Counted from the first letter of the stretch, positions 1-10,258 are shown. The stretch: DNA of 24,116 nucleotides from Octopus sinensis (GCF_006345805.1 NW_021836454.1:1-24116); one strand, 5' to 3'. The notes: generated from the letters alone by a model not told the origin. Program-made: numbers and translations.

Positions 1-1
1 T

Positions 2-121
2 ATATACGGCCATATCATGTTGAAAGCACCGGTTCTTGTCCGATCACCGAAGTTAAGCAATGTCAAGCCTAGTTAGTACTTAGATGGGTGACCGCTTAGG
101 AAACCTAGGTGCTGTAAGCGT
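2..121 (+). rRNA. 5S rRNA-derived copy (probably retroposed; first ~3 nt replaced by TA repeat, no oligo-T terminator)
   Basis: TACGGCCATATCATGTTGAAAGCACCGGTTCTTGTCCGATCACCGAAGTTAAGCAA...GTTAGTACTTAGATGGGTGACCGC...GGTGCTGTAAGC is colinear with metazoan 5S rRNA. Box A-like AGTTAAGC at 51-58, loop E TTAGTA at 73-78, GNRA loop GTGA at 88-91; TACGGC (5-10) pairs with GCTGTA (111-116). Confidence 0.92.
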
Positions 122-2249
122 CACACATTGTTTCTTCCACAAAGCGTATCGGAAATCGATCCAAAAAGAGATCCGCAGAGAGGACTGGCCGAAATGTCTC
201 TCCACACCAGACATTGACATGAAACTAGTATGTTTCATGTCTGTTGTGCAAGCCATATGCCAGAAATATTTCCCAGAGCACAAGGCCAAAACAAATAGGA
301 ACAAGATTCCAAGGGAGAGGAAGATCCTCATGAGACGACGGACGGAGATTGCAAATCGTCTCATCCGACATCTCAAAAGTAACGAAACGTCCCGCCTAAA
401 AACAACACTGATGGAGATCAAAAAAAGCCTTTTTTCATTACGCGAAAGAAACAGCCTCAGTACGCAGCAAGATAGGACCACTCTTCCAAAAGGATGGCTC
501 CCTCACAGACAGTCCAACTAGGATCAGTGAGGTACTGAATGACCAGTTCAAAAATGTCTTTACCACCCCGTTGGAACACAGACAAGTGAACGAACCAGTG
601 GACTTCTTTGCTGCTTCACCTATAACCAGCGAGGCAGTTACAATAGAATGTATTAACATTAGCGAAAAAGATGTCCTACTAGCCATAGATGAAGTGGATA
701 CAAACTCAACTGCTGGTCCTGATGGTTTCCCAGCCATCCTCCTCAAATCAAGTAAGCATGTCTCTCCCCCCCCCAGATTCTCTTCCAGAGCTTTCTTACA
801 AATGGCAAACTACCAAGCAAGCTGAAGGAGGGAATAATATGCCCAATCCATAAAGGGGGAAGTAGAGCAGATGCCAAAAACTGTAGGCCTATCTCTCTGA
901 CTTCACACATCAGCAAAGTCATGGAACAGATAGTCAGAGGGAAACTAATCGCATTTCTTGAAAAAAATAACTTGGTAAGTGATACCCAGCATGGTTTTCA
1001 ACCAGGTAGGAGCTGCCTGACCCAGCTCTTACAACATTATGACTGGGTGTTGAGGCAGTTACTCAACACATCAAATGTGGACGCAATATACCTTGATTTT
1101 GCAAAAGCTTTTGATAAAGTGGATCATGGTATGATATGCCACAAACTGTGTGACCTCGGCATAGCTGGAAAACTTGGAGAGTGGTTACATGACTTTCTGA
1201 AAGATAGGAGTCAGGCAGTAGTGGTTAATGGAGCCACCTCTATGAACACACAAATAGTGAGCGGTGTTCCACAGGGCACTGTCTTGGGACCACTGCTTTT
1301 TATAGTGGCCCTCTCAGATATGCCCTCAAATGCCCGGATAGCCACCCTTGCAAGCTATGCAGATGATATGAAAGTCTCGCAGAAAATACAGAACCCCAGT
1401 GATGTTGCACACCTGCAGCAGGAGTTGGACTCAATCTACAGATGGGCTGAGGATAATAATATGCAGTTTAATGCTGAAAAATTCCAAGCTCTGAACTACC
1501 AGCATCCAAAACTGAATATTAAACTTACTGGGTACACCGGTCCACAGGAAATTTCAATCTCAGAGCCTAAGTCTGTGAGGGACCTGAGTATCGACACGAG
1601 CGATGATACCTCTTTCCAAGTGAACATTACCAGGATGGCAACAAAGTGCAGACAACTGGCTGGGTGGATCCTAAGAACATTCAGAACCAGAGAGAAGGAA
1701 ACCATGATGGTCCTCTGGAGGACATTTGTCCTTAGCCACCTGGGTTACTGCTTCCAACTATGGTCATCCAACAGTGTGAAATCAACAGCAGACCTTGAAG
1801 CCATCCAGTGAGGTATGCAGTAAAATACATGTGGAAGATCCTGGAAGGAATTGTGCCAAATTTTGGCATTGTAAGCTACACCAATGCCAGAACGGGTCAA
1901 CACTGCACAGTGCCAAAAATCTCAACAATTCCATTGTGCTTCAGGACCAGTTACTGGAACAGCCTGGATTTCAGGGACCTACAGCTCTTCAGTATTCTCC
2001 CAAAGAGCCTGAGGGACCCAAACAAAGTGGACATAGGTGTTTTGAAATCAAAACTGGGACTCTTCCTGTTGAGAGTCCCAGATGAACCTACCTCGTGGCA
2101 AAAGGTGAAAATGAGGGTAGCAACACCAAACTCACTTCAGCAAATGCCATATTAGAGGAGGCTCTGAATAATAACTGCATAGCAAAACAGCGGTGTCTCA
2201 GCATGACCACAGCGCTGAGCTGAAACTTAAGAAAAAAAGAAAAGAAAAA

Positions 2250-2258
<9 letters not shown>
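122..2258 (+). mobile_element. 5'-truncated CR1/L2-group (APE-type) LINE with 3' UTR and A-rich tail
   Basis: ORF2 remnants in several frames: post-endonuclease linker (FFHKA..SIQKEI..EDW, KYFP), FFHYAK..IGPL, NDQFKNVFT, AGPDGFPAILL, full RT, and C-terminus (WILRTF, WKILEG, VPDEP, NSL). A-rich tail at ~2229-2258 followed by (TA)n. Confidence 0.9.
775..2155 (+). pseudogene. Disrupted LINE reverse transcriptase
   Basis: KNCRPISLTSHISKVME, QHGFQPGRSCLTQLL, YLDFAKAFDKVDH, SGVPQGTVLGPLLF and YADD motifs. Frameshift at the poly-C near 765-773 and an apparent internal deletion near 1810 (LEAIQ jumps to RYAVKYMWKILEG). Confidence 0.88.
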
Positions 2259-2291
<33 letters not shown>

Positions 2292-2488
2292 GGTACCTAT
2301 CTAGCAGTATATTGGATACATGTTATCCCATGGTGGGTTGAATTTTCAACCCCTATCTCATTTTATATATATATATATATATATATTGGTAAAAACAGTA
2401 AGATAACAAAAGAAAGAAAGAGACCTCAATATTATGTAAATAGAGAAATTTATCTGTAAATTAATATGTTACCATTATTCAATAGCCA

Positions 2489-2554
2489 AGATAAAACTCT
2501 GAGTTTCGGATGACAAAGTGGAAATACAACACCATCTCTTCGGCGGTTATCTGG
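2489..2554 (-). ncRNA. Mirror hammerhead-like motif on the minus strand
   Basis: Reverse complement reads CCAGATAA-CCG-CCGAAGA-GATGG...CATCC-GAAA-CTCAGAG-TT-TTATCT; an extra CCG separates stem I from the core. Confidence 0.4.
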
Positions 2555-2619
2555 CCAGATAACCGAAGAGATGGTTTTGTGGATTTCCACTTCGGCATCT
2601 GAAACTCAGAGTTTTATCT
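2555..2619 (+). ncRNA. Type I hammerhead-like motif (variant core CCGAAGA)
   Basis: Stem I AGATAA/TTATCT, core CCGAAGA 2563-2569, stem II GATG/CATC, GAAA 2601-2604, stem III ACTC-A-GAGT, putative GUU cleavage after 2613. Core position 4 is C instead of U. Confidence 0.45.
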
Positions 2620-2652
2620 TGACTATTGAATAATGGTAACATATTAATTTAC

Positions 2653-2687
<35 letters not shown>

Positions 2688-2978
2688 TATAATATACATA
2701 TAAAATGTATGTATGTATGTATGTATGTATGTATGTATGTATGTATGTATGTATGTATGTATGTATATATGTATGTATGTATGTATATATATATTATATA
2801 TATATAATATATATATATATATATAATTTGAAATAGAAAGATGAATAATCTTGTTGTAGATTAATCAAAAGTTAACCGATACCTTAGTAGCAAAAATCAC
2901 AGCAGTAAACACGTGTAGAATGAAATAAAACGATTTCTGTTCAATCTGCGTTCAGCTCCATTTCTTCAATTCACCAAT

Positions 2979-3009
<31 letters not shown>

Positions 3010-3324
3010 CAGAGAGAGAGAGAGAGATACATACATACATACATATATATCTTCCAAAGGTTATTTATTACTTACTATTCCAAAGGAGAGCTGTTTAAGA
3101 TTCCAGAAGGAATTTTGCTGTAACGGAGACGAAACTTTGAGCAAGTTGTAAGTAGCCTTCAATAACAAAACCAAGTAACACTGATTGCAAAGACATTGAA
3201 CAGTTTTCCTTCTTGATTTGCTGACACCTTAACTGCAAAGGAAACTTGTAAGATTACAACAACTGTCATGTTTCATGCTTGCATGGATTGGACCCTGTGT
3301 GTATATATACGTACATACATGGAG

Positions 3325-3570
3325 ACAAGAAACTGGGCTGAGAAAGGAACAAGCAATTATGTAATGAACTTTATTAGCATACAGATTAGTTGAGTGCCTG
3401 AGATCATGTTTACAGGTCTGATGAAGCTATAGGGTGATACACACATATTCAACCAGGAGTGCATTGCATCTTATAGCAGAAACAGTTGTAAGCTAATGAA
3501 GTTCATAAGATAATTGCTTATTTATTTGTCCTTCTAATTTCTTATAACTGCTGCTCTGTGCCCGACTAAC
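3325..3570 (+). mobile_element. Short non-coding element with ~33-bp imperfect inverted repeats enclosing a hammerhead motif (Penelope/retrozyme-like)
   Basis: AAGCAATTATGTAATGAACTTTATTAGCATACA (3351-3383) is the imperfect reverse complement of TGTAAGCTAATGAAGTTCATAAGATAATTGCTT (3487-3519). Outer boundaries are approximate. Confidence 0.55.
3414..3494 (+). ncRNA. Type I hammerhead ribozyme-like motif
   Basis: CTGATGA 3418-3424; 11-bp stem II GCTATAGGGTG (3426-3436) / CATCTTATAGC (3467-3477); GAAAC 3479-3483; minimal near-palindromic stem III ACAGTTGT; GUA triplet 3488-3490. Stem I is degenerate and the base of stem II is an A.A mismatch. Confidence 0.62.
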
Positions 3571-3978
3571 GCTTCATTCTGCAGCAAATGTATACAGAGT
3601 TCTAACACCAGGTTGTTAGCACCACAATGCCCAAGCAAAATATTAATATGCACACTCACACACACACCTCAAATTTAATAAGTATAGTATAAATATTTAT
3701 ATTGATATATATATATTTATACACCCACTTACATATATACACAAACATGCAAATATATATATATATATAATATGCAAGTGTGTATGTGTGTGTGTGTGTA
3801 TACACATACACATACATAGTCATATATAATGGTTTTCTCTTTTTTCTTGTGCCACCTCCCACACACATTTATATGGAATTATATATTCTTATTTTATAAG
3901 TTTAGAAATTGCTTGCCCCTATCCCGACCCCTTTCTTTTAATCTGTTTGGCTTAGTAGAGTTTAATCCATCTTTACTT

Positions 3979-4658
3979 TTAATCAGACGAGTGCTGCAAT
4001 TCGCATTGCATCCACTCCCATGTGATGTCTGCCATTCTCTCGCTGTCTGTGATGACAAATGCATGTTCAAAGCCTTCTTGGCAGACACGGATGTTGGCTT
4101 TAGGGAAATGTTTCTTCATGTCATCACAGTAGTTGAGGGGACACCAGCGGTCTTTGCGGCCATAGTAGAAGCAAATTTTATGTAAGTTCTTGCTGATGGT
4201 GCAACTGTCCAGTTCCTTGACCATGTCCATTTCTTGTGAAGCCATGCTTATCATGTTGTTCACACAGCTGACATCAAAGAGGTTCAAGGAGGATGCGTAG
4301 ATGCAGCGGGGGTACTTTACCTCATCTTTGAAATACCAGCACAGAATCCTCTGTTTTGATTTTAAAGGCAAAAAAGACATAAAGTAGACAAAGAGCAGCA
4401 GGATCCATCGGAATAACTTGAGGAATGGTGTTACTACTTTTCCCTGAGGTGAAGAAGACATTCGTTCGATGGTGGGGAAGAGAAAAAAGCAGCGGAGGAT
4501 GTTGTTGTGAGAGGTTTTCTTCAACATATTCAGAATCATGTAGCAGCCAATAGAGTGACCGATGAGTATCAAGGAAACATTTTTGGGAATGTGATGGTGA
4601 AGGAAAGCGAGTTTGTGTTCAATCTGATCTTGGAGGGAATAAACACCATTGTGTGAAC
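3979..4658 (-). CDS. LDAH: Lipid droplet-associated hydrolase, last coding exon
   Basis: YSLQDQIEHKLAFL, LIGHSIGCYM (GxSxG nucleophile elbow), LFPTIERM, FYYGRKDRWCP, FEHAFV. Acceptor TTTTTCAG at 4659-4666, phase 1; TAA stop at 3979-3981. Confidence 0.93.
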
Positions 4659-5589
4659 CTGAAAAATATTTGAAAATTTATAAATTAATTAATTAATTAA
4701 TTAATAACAAGTGAAATCAGCTAACAGCTCTTGCTTTAGAATCTTCAGTGTGTCCCTGGACAGGGGTGAACTCTATAGTCACACCTTCAAGACATGTCAT
4801 GAATAGGGACACAGGGCAAGTTGGACATGACCCCAGTTATGATTAATGTGGTACAGGTACAAATGATTGATGTGGTACAGGTACAAATGACTGACACAAT
4901 ATCAAGATTAGTTCTTAGCATTCCCCTTTGAGTAGAGTCACAGATTAGGCTAGTAGGACTTGGGAAGTATAAAGCCTCTTACGAGAAGGAAACTACAATT
5001 TCAAATATCAAGCAGATAGAGCTTGTGAGTACCAACAGCAAGATACACTACGTGAGTTTTATAATAATACACCATTTACAAGCTAGATACATTATATGAC
5101 GTATGCATACACACACATATAGATATGAATGCTTGTCAATGACTTCTAGGTGTTTTAACAGGAGGTGAATTGATGAGAGTATATTCTCTTGTGCCTATAA
5201 ACTGCAGCCAACCCATGAACTGGCAAAACACATCCCTTGTGAATGTCTGTTCCCTGTTGTATATGGGGGAGGGGGTCAAGGGAAGAAGGTACAAGTTGTA
5301 AATAAAGGCTCACTCGGTAGACTGAACATGTTTAGTGGCAGTACCAAACGTTAAATGACCACACACACAATACCTATCTATATATGAGGTAAAAACAAAC
5401 AGCTGTCACTCACAAGCAAGTCTAACAGGAAAAAGCCAAGCATGCAGAGAGGTGGGTTTCTTCATGCCTGGGTGGTGATTGTGTTTTGATGTTGCTAAAG
5501 GAATTTACAAACTCATTCTCTCATAAAGTATCCAGTGTTGCGGGATGGGGGGGGGGGCACTGATGAACCAAATGTTAAAAAAAGCATAC

Positions 5590-5709
5590 CTTCAGATGGT
5601 CTTGACACATGTCCAGTGTGGGAGATACCCCAGACGGGTATTTTTTGGTTACTCTTCTGATAAAGGGTAGCCATAAATTTTTCATAATAGCCTACAACAC
5701 CAGGGTTAC
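5590..5709 (-). CDS. LDAH: Lipid droplet-associated hydrolase, middle coding exon (120 bp)
   Basis: (G)NPGVVGYYEKFMATLY...VWGISHTGH matches the LDAH GNPG and SHxGH motifs. Acceptor TTTGTTTTTAG and donor GAAG|GTATGC; phase 1/1, in frame with both neighbouring exons. Confidence 0.92.
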
Positions 5710-5875
5710 CTAAAAACAAACAATAAATCATCACCAACACTACCAATGACCACCATCACTATCATCATCATCATTTAACACTTGTCTTCTATGCTGGGAT
5801 GAGTTGGACAGGTACAAAAAGAAAACAAGAAAATTGTGCAGGAACATAAGGAAAATTAATAATAATAATAATAAT

Positions 5876-8028
5876 AGTATTATGAAAGACCTGGAAAAAA
5901 TTGGATGGCAAATGGTATTACTTACCTCCTCCCCAAAAATAACAAAACGAAAGAACCAAAAAACTACCGGCCTATAACATGTTTGTCTACTACCTATAAG
6001 ATTTTGACATCTATTCTAGTGGAGAAAACATACGTTTATGGAAGAGAATAACCTCTTTCCCACGGAACAAAAAGGATGCAGACGAGGCTCATACGGATGC
6101 AAAGATCAGCTCCTAATTAATCGCATGATCCTTGAGAACTGCCATAACAAGCGCAGAAAGCTCAGCTCTTCATGGATTGATTATTAAAAAGCCTTTGACA
6201 TCATACCACATTCGTGGATTCTGAAATCGCTGGACATTTTCAAAATTTCTCCTGTGAAGAGAACAGGATATGGCTACAAAATTGACAACAGGAAAATAAG
6301 CCATCTATTTTATATGGATGGTTTAAAACTATACGGCAAAGATGATGAAGAAATTGAAGGACTACTACATACTGTGAAAGGATTCAGTGATGATATTGGG
6401 ATGGAGTTTGGCCTTGAGAAGTGTGCGAAAGCCACTTTTAAGAAAGGGAATTGGTAAAGTCAAGTTCAATCGAATTAGATGTCAAAACAGTAATAAAGGA
6501 ACTTGAGCAGGAACAAACCTATAAATACCTAGGAATAAATGAAGGCTCTGGTATCCAGCATGCAGCATGAAAGAGAAGGTTAGGAAAGAATGTTATAGAA
6601 GAGTTCGAGCAGTCCTGAAGTCTGAGCTGAATGCATATAATAAGGTTTTAGCCATAAATTCCTTAGCAGTACCAGTTGTTCTTTATAGATTCAATGTGCT
6701 GAACTGGAATACCAGTGAAATAATGAAAATTGACAGAAAAATCCGCAAGCTACTAACTTGTAATAAGATGCACCATCCAAAGGCAGACATGGATCATCTT
6801 TACCTTCCCAGAGCTCAGGGAGGTCGAGGTTTGATCCAGCTTGAACTTACATACAAAACCACCACAATCGGACTGGCCAAATACCTTGAAACAACCAACG
6901 ATTGGATGCTAAAACTTGTTGAAAAACATGAAAGACTGAAAAGACTTCACTCTATTCTCAAAGAGAGCAAAAAATTTGCTGCTGATCTCTTAGATACCCA
7001 CCAAATTGAGCAGTTTGAAGGAAATGCGCCAACTGCAGCTGCAAAGAAAATAAAATTAATTGCAAAGACAAAAGCACATGAAAATTTAGCTAGCAGATGG
7101 GAACAAAAACCTCTCCATGGCAAGTATGTGGCCCGTAGCAAACAAGCTGATGTCGACCAGAAACACACGCACCAATGGTTACGAAGCTCAGGGCTAAAAG
7201 CAGAGAGTGAAGGTTTCATATTAGCTGCTCAAGACCAAAGCTTATTAACCCGGAACTATCAAGCCAATGAGATAAAAAATGGAGCTGACCCAAAATGCCG
7301 ATTCTGTAACGATGAGATTGAAACAATAGACCACCTAATCTCAGGGTGTAGAGTCTTAGCACCTGCAGAATATAAAGCAAGACATGACAAAGTCGACCAG
7401 TATTTACATTGGACAATATGTCGGTATTATAAAATCAAACCCGCTGACAAATGGTATAAACACCATCCTGAAGCTGTGACTGAGGGAGAAAATGTGTCGA
7501 TTCTCTGGGACTTCCCCGTACTGACCGACAAGACTATAAAAGCTAATAAGCCAGATATTATCATAAAAGATCAGACAAAAAAGATGTGTTTATTAATTGA
7601 CATGAGTATCCATTGCGATCACAATATAGCAGCGAAAGAATTTGACAAGATTAGTAAATATAAAGACCTGCTAATAGAAATTGAAAAAATGTGGCATCTC
7701 AAGGCGACTACAGTACCAGTGATTGTAGGATCTCTAGGAATGATAAAAAAAGGTACTGAAACCTATTTGAAAATGATTCCAGGCTTACCATCCCTACAGG
7801 AAGTGCAAAAAATCGTATTAACTGGAACGGCTCATGTACTGAGAAGAGCATTATCGCTGTGAAAATAACATCCATCCATGAATTTATTTATTCATTAATT
7901 TTTTAAATACATATTTTACCTGTGATTTGTGTGTGTAATCTGGGAATGCATACAATGAGCTTCTCTGCCCTAGGTGTATGGAAAACACTCAGCAAGAAAT
8001 GGAAGAAAATTTGAAGAAGGAAAAAACA
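5876..8028 (+). mobile_element. R4/Dong-clade non-LTR retrotransposon (RT + CCHC + restriction-like endonuclease), 5'-truncated, decayed; copy 1
   Basis: GITYLLPK, NYRPITCL, EQKGCRRGSYGCKDQL, WIDY*KAFD; RT motif reads YMDG; deletion near 6257 removes the QGD region; QDQSL, CRFC-x8-H-x4-C, ILWDF, NKPDI..LLIDMS, KYKDL. (TAA)n at 5857-5875 and 8029-8037. Confidence 0.88.
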
Positions 8029-8037
8029 TAATAATAA

Positions 8038-8335
8038 AACAAAAGAGATACAATCCCTTAAAATTTGAAATAGGAAGAATTTGGAGCATGTGAACAGTAA
8101 AGGTTGTGCCTAAAATAATTGGTTTGTTGGGAACAGTAAGCAAAGATAGAGACAAATGGCTGAAGGAGATTGCAATAGAATTCCCGGTAGAGCCTCTACA
8201 GAGAGTTTGTCTCTTAAGGACAGCAAGGATTATCAGGAGGGTTCTAAGCATTTGAAAGACTGCAGAAATCTTATAGTAATCTGCTGCCCACATAAATCCT
8301 ACCAAGAATATGACCAAACCTGGGTCAAACCAAAG
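8038..8335 (+). mobile_element. 3' fragment of a different R4/Dong-like family
   Basis: Manual translation KRYNPLKFEIGRIWSM*TVKVVPKIIGLLGTV...LQRVCLLRTARIIRRVLSI* (stop 8253-8255) parallels the RLE C-terminus; it has its own 3' UTR ending in TAATAATAAT at 8336. Confidence 0.75.
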
Positions 8336-8345
8336 TAATAATAAT

Positions 8346-8542
8346 CCTTTCTACTAAAAGCACAAGGCCTGAAATTTGAGGGGAGGGGACCTTCCAATGA
8401 TTCCCTGGGACTTAATTTATCGACCCCAAAAGCATGAAAGGCAAACTCAATGTCCGGGGAATTTGAACTCAGAATGTAGTGATGGGTGAAATACTGCTAA
8501 GCATTTCGTTCAGCATGCTAACAACTCTTCCACCTTACAGCC

Positions 8543-8543
<1 letters not shown>
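8346..8543 (-). mobile_element. Decayed tRNA-headed SINE
   Basis: Contains ATCGACCCC..ATGAAAGGCAAA..GAATTTGAACTCAGAA, the reverse of a B-box (GAGTTCAAATTC) plus a GCCTTTCAT..GGGGTCGAT core; related copies at ~13765-13957 (-) and ~15362-15525 (+). Confidence 0.6.
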
Positions 8544-8609
<66 letters not shown>

Positions 8610-8638
8610 TAAGGATGATGATGATGATGATGATAATG

Positions 8639-8725
<87 letters not shown>

Positions 8726-8747
8726 TAATAATAATAATAATATGATA

Positions 8748-8782
<35 letters not shown>

Positions 8783-8851
8783 AATAATAATAAATAATAA
8801 TGATAATAATAATGATAATGATAATAATGATAATGATAATAATAATAATAA

Positions 8852-8882
<31 letters not shown>

Positions 8883-8995
8883 TAATGATAATAATAATAA
8901 TATGATAATAATATAATAATATAATAATGATAGTGAATAAAATAAAAATAATAATAATAATAATAATAATGATAATAATAATAATAATGATAATG

Positions 8996-9089
<94 letters not shown>

Positions 9090-9098
9090 AATAATAAT

Positions 9099-9129
<31 letters not shown>

Positions 9130-9220
9130 TGATAATAATAATAATAATGAATAATAATAATAATAATAATAATAATGAAATGATAATAATAATATAATAA
9201 TGATGAATAATAATATAATG

Positions 9221-9255
<35 letters not shown>

Positions 9256-9362
9256 AATATATAATGAATAATGATAATAATAATAATAATGATAATGATA
9301 ATAATATAATAATATAATAATATAATAATGATAATAATAATAATGATAATGATAATATAATA

Positions 9363-9399
<37 letters not shown>

Positions 9400-9437
9400 T
9401 AATGATAATAATAATAAAATAATATAATATGATAATG

Positions 9438-9495
<58 letters not shown>

Positions 9496-9540
9496 GGATG
9501 ATGATGATGATGATGATAATAATGATAATAATAATAATAA

Positions 9541-9581
<41 letters not shown>

Positions 9582-9583
9582 AG
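8544..9583. repeat. ~1-kb compound (AAT)n/(GAT) microsatellite ending in (GAA)n
   Basis: Directly visible; recurring AATGATAATGAT(AAT)n blocks. Confidence 0.97.
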
Positions 9584-10080
9584 TGTTATCCTGTACATTG
9601 TTTTGTCTTGGTATAAAAGATGGGCTACAGCAAATATTCTGCTCAATACCACAGATTTGCTTGTCAGTTGATTGACCGTAACCAGTTGAGCATGTCCCTT
9701 AGTGGCTGATGATAAGTGCATCTCTGACCACAAGTAGAAGTAGTGGGGGAGCATCATAGCCATGTGTTGAGAGGGATTCTTTGGGGTTTGAATAATTCGC
9801 CTCTGGAAACATGGGTGTTTCGTTCAACATCCTTAAACAACCCTTATTCAGGGACCTTTCGAATGGGATGGGTTACTCGACCTGAAGAAAATTCTAACTG
9901 GGCCCCAACGTGGAAGGTCATGCGCTGTTTATCTTGATATGAGATCACCATGTCGTGCACATATGGTTGTGATGCATGTGCTTAGTGTACCCTTATCAGA
10001 CGGGTAGTCATGATGGGTATACTGGGCTTCGTATATTTTACCCCAGTGTCACTTTGATGGCATGCACTGCTCTCTCATTC
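9584..10080 (+). mobile_element. ~500-bp non-coding dispersed-repeat-like segment with (AAT)n tail
   Basis: Complex sequence without a meaningful ORF between a (GAA)n run and an (AAT)n run, ending CTCTCTCATTC|AATAATAAT; repeat status is inferred. Confidence 0.5.
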
Positions 10081-10099
10081 AATAATAATAATAATAATA

Positions 10100-10136
<37 letters not shown>

Positions 10137-10144
10137 TAATAATG

Positions 10145-10181
<37 letters not shown>

Positions 10182-10258
10182 TAATAATGATAATAATAAT
10201 AATGATAATAATAATAATAATATAATAATGATAATAATATATAATAATGGTAATAATA

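Larger units (their letters stand above)
2451..2657. repeat. ~207-bp near-perfect palindrome (foldback), probably derived from a Penelope-like element end
   Basis: TATCTGTAAATTAATATGTTACCATTATTCAATAG... is mirrored by ...CTATTGAATAATGGTAACATATTAATTTACAGATA; spacer-less centre TTATCTGG|CCAGATAA at 2554/2555. The palindrome is seen directly; the Penelope origin is inferred. Confidence 0.85.
2259..3050. repeat. Cluster of (TA)n, (TATG)n, (GA)n and (TACA)n microsatellites with short embedded elements
   Basis: Visible runs at 2259-2286, 2364-2386, 2655-2825 and 2986-3050. Confidence 0.95.

Noticed and set aside
84-521. 145-aa ORF starting inside the 5S copy as a real fusion protein
   Set aside because: The ATG is part of 5S box C and the frame is decayed LINE ORF2 that shifts near 430; no support for translation.
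4846-4893. 24-bp tandem duplication in the small LDAH intron
   Set aside because: Real but an ordinary two-copy slippage event.
5560-5566. CTGATGA as a hammerhead core
   Set aside because: No stem II, GAAA or cleavage triplet follows; it lies in intron sequence beside the LDAH donor.
9706-9712. CTGATGA as a hammerhead core or C/D box
   Set aside because: No matching GAAA, stems or terminal stem were found.
8543-9763. 406-aa minus-strand ORF and other poly-I/N/Y/L ORFs
   Set aside because: Translations of AAT/GAT microsatellite that lack stops in some frames; no coding signal.
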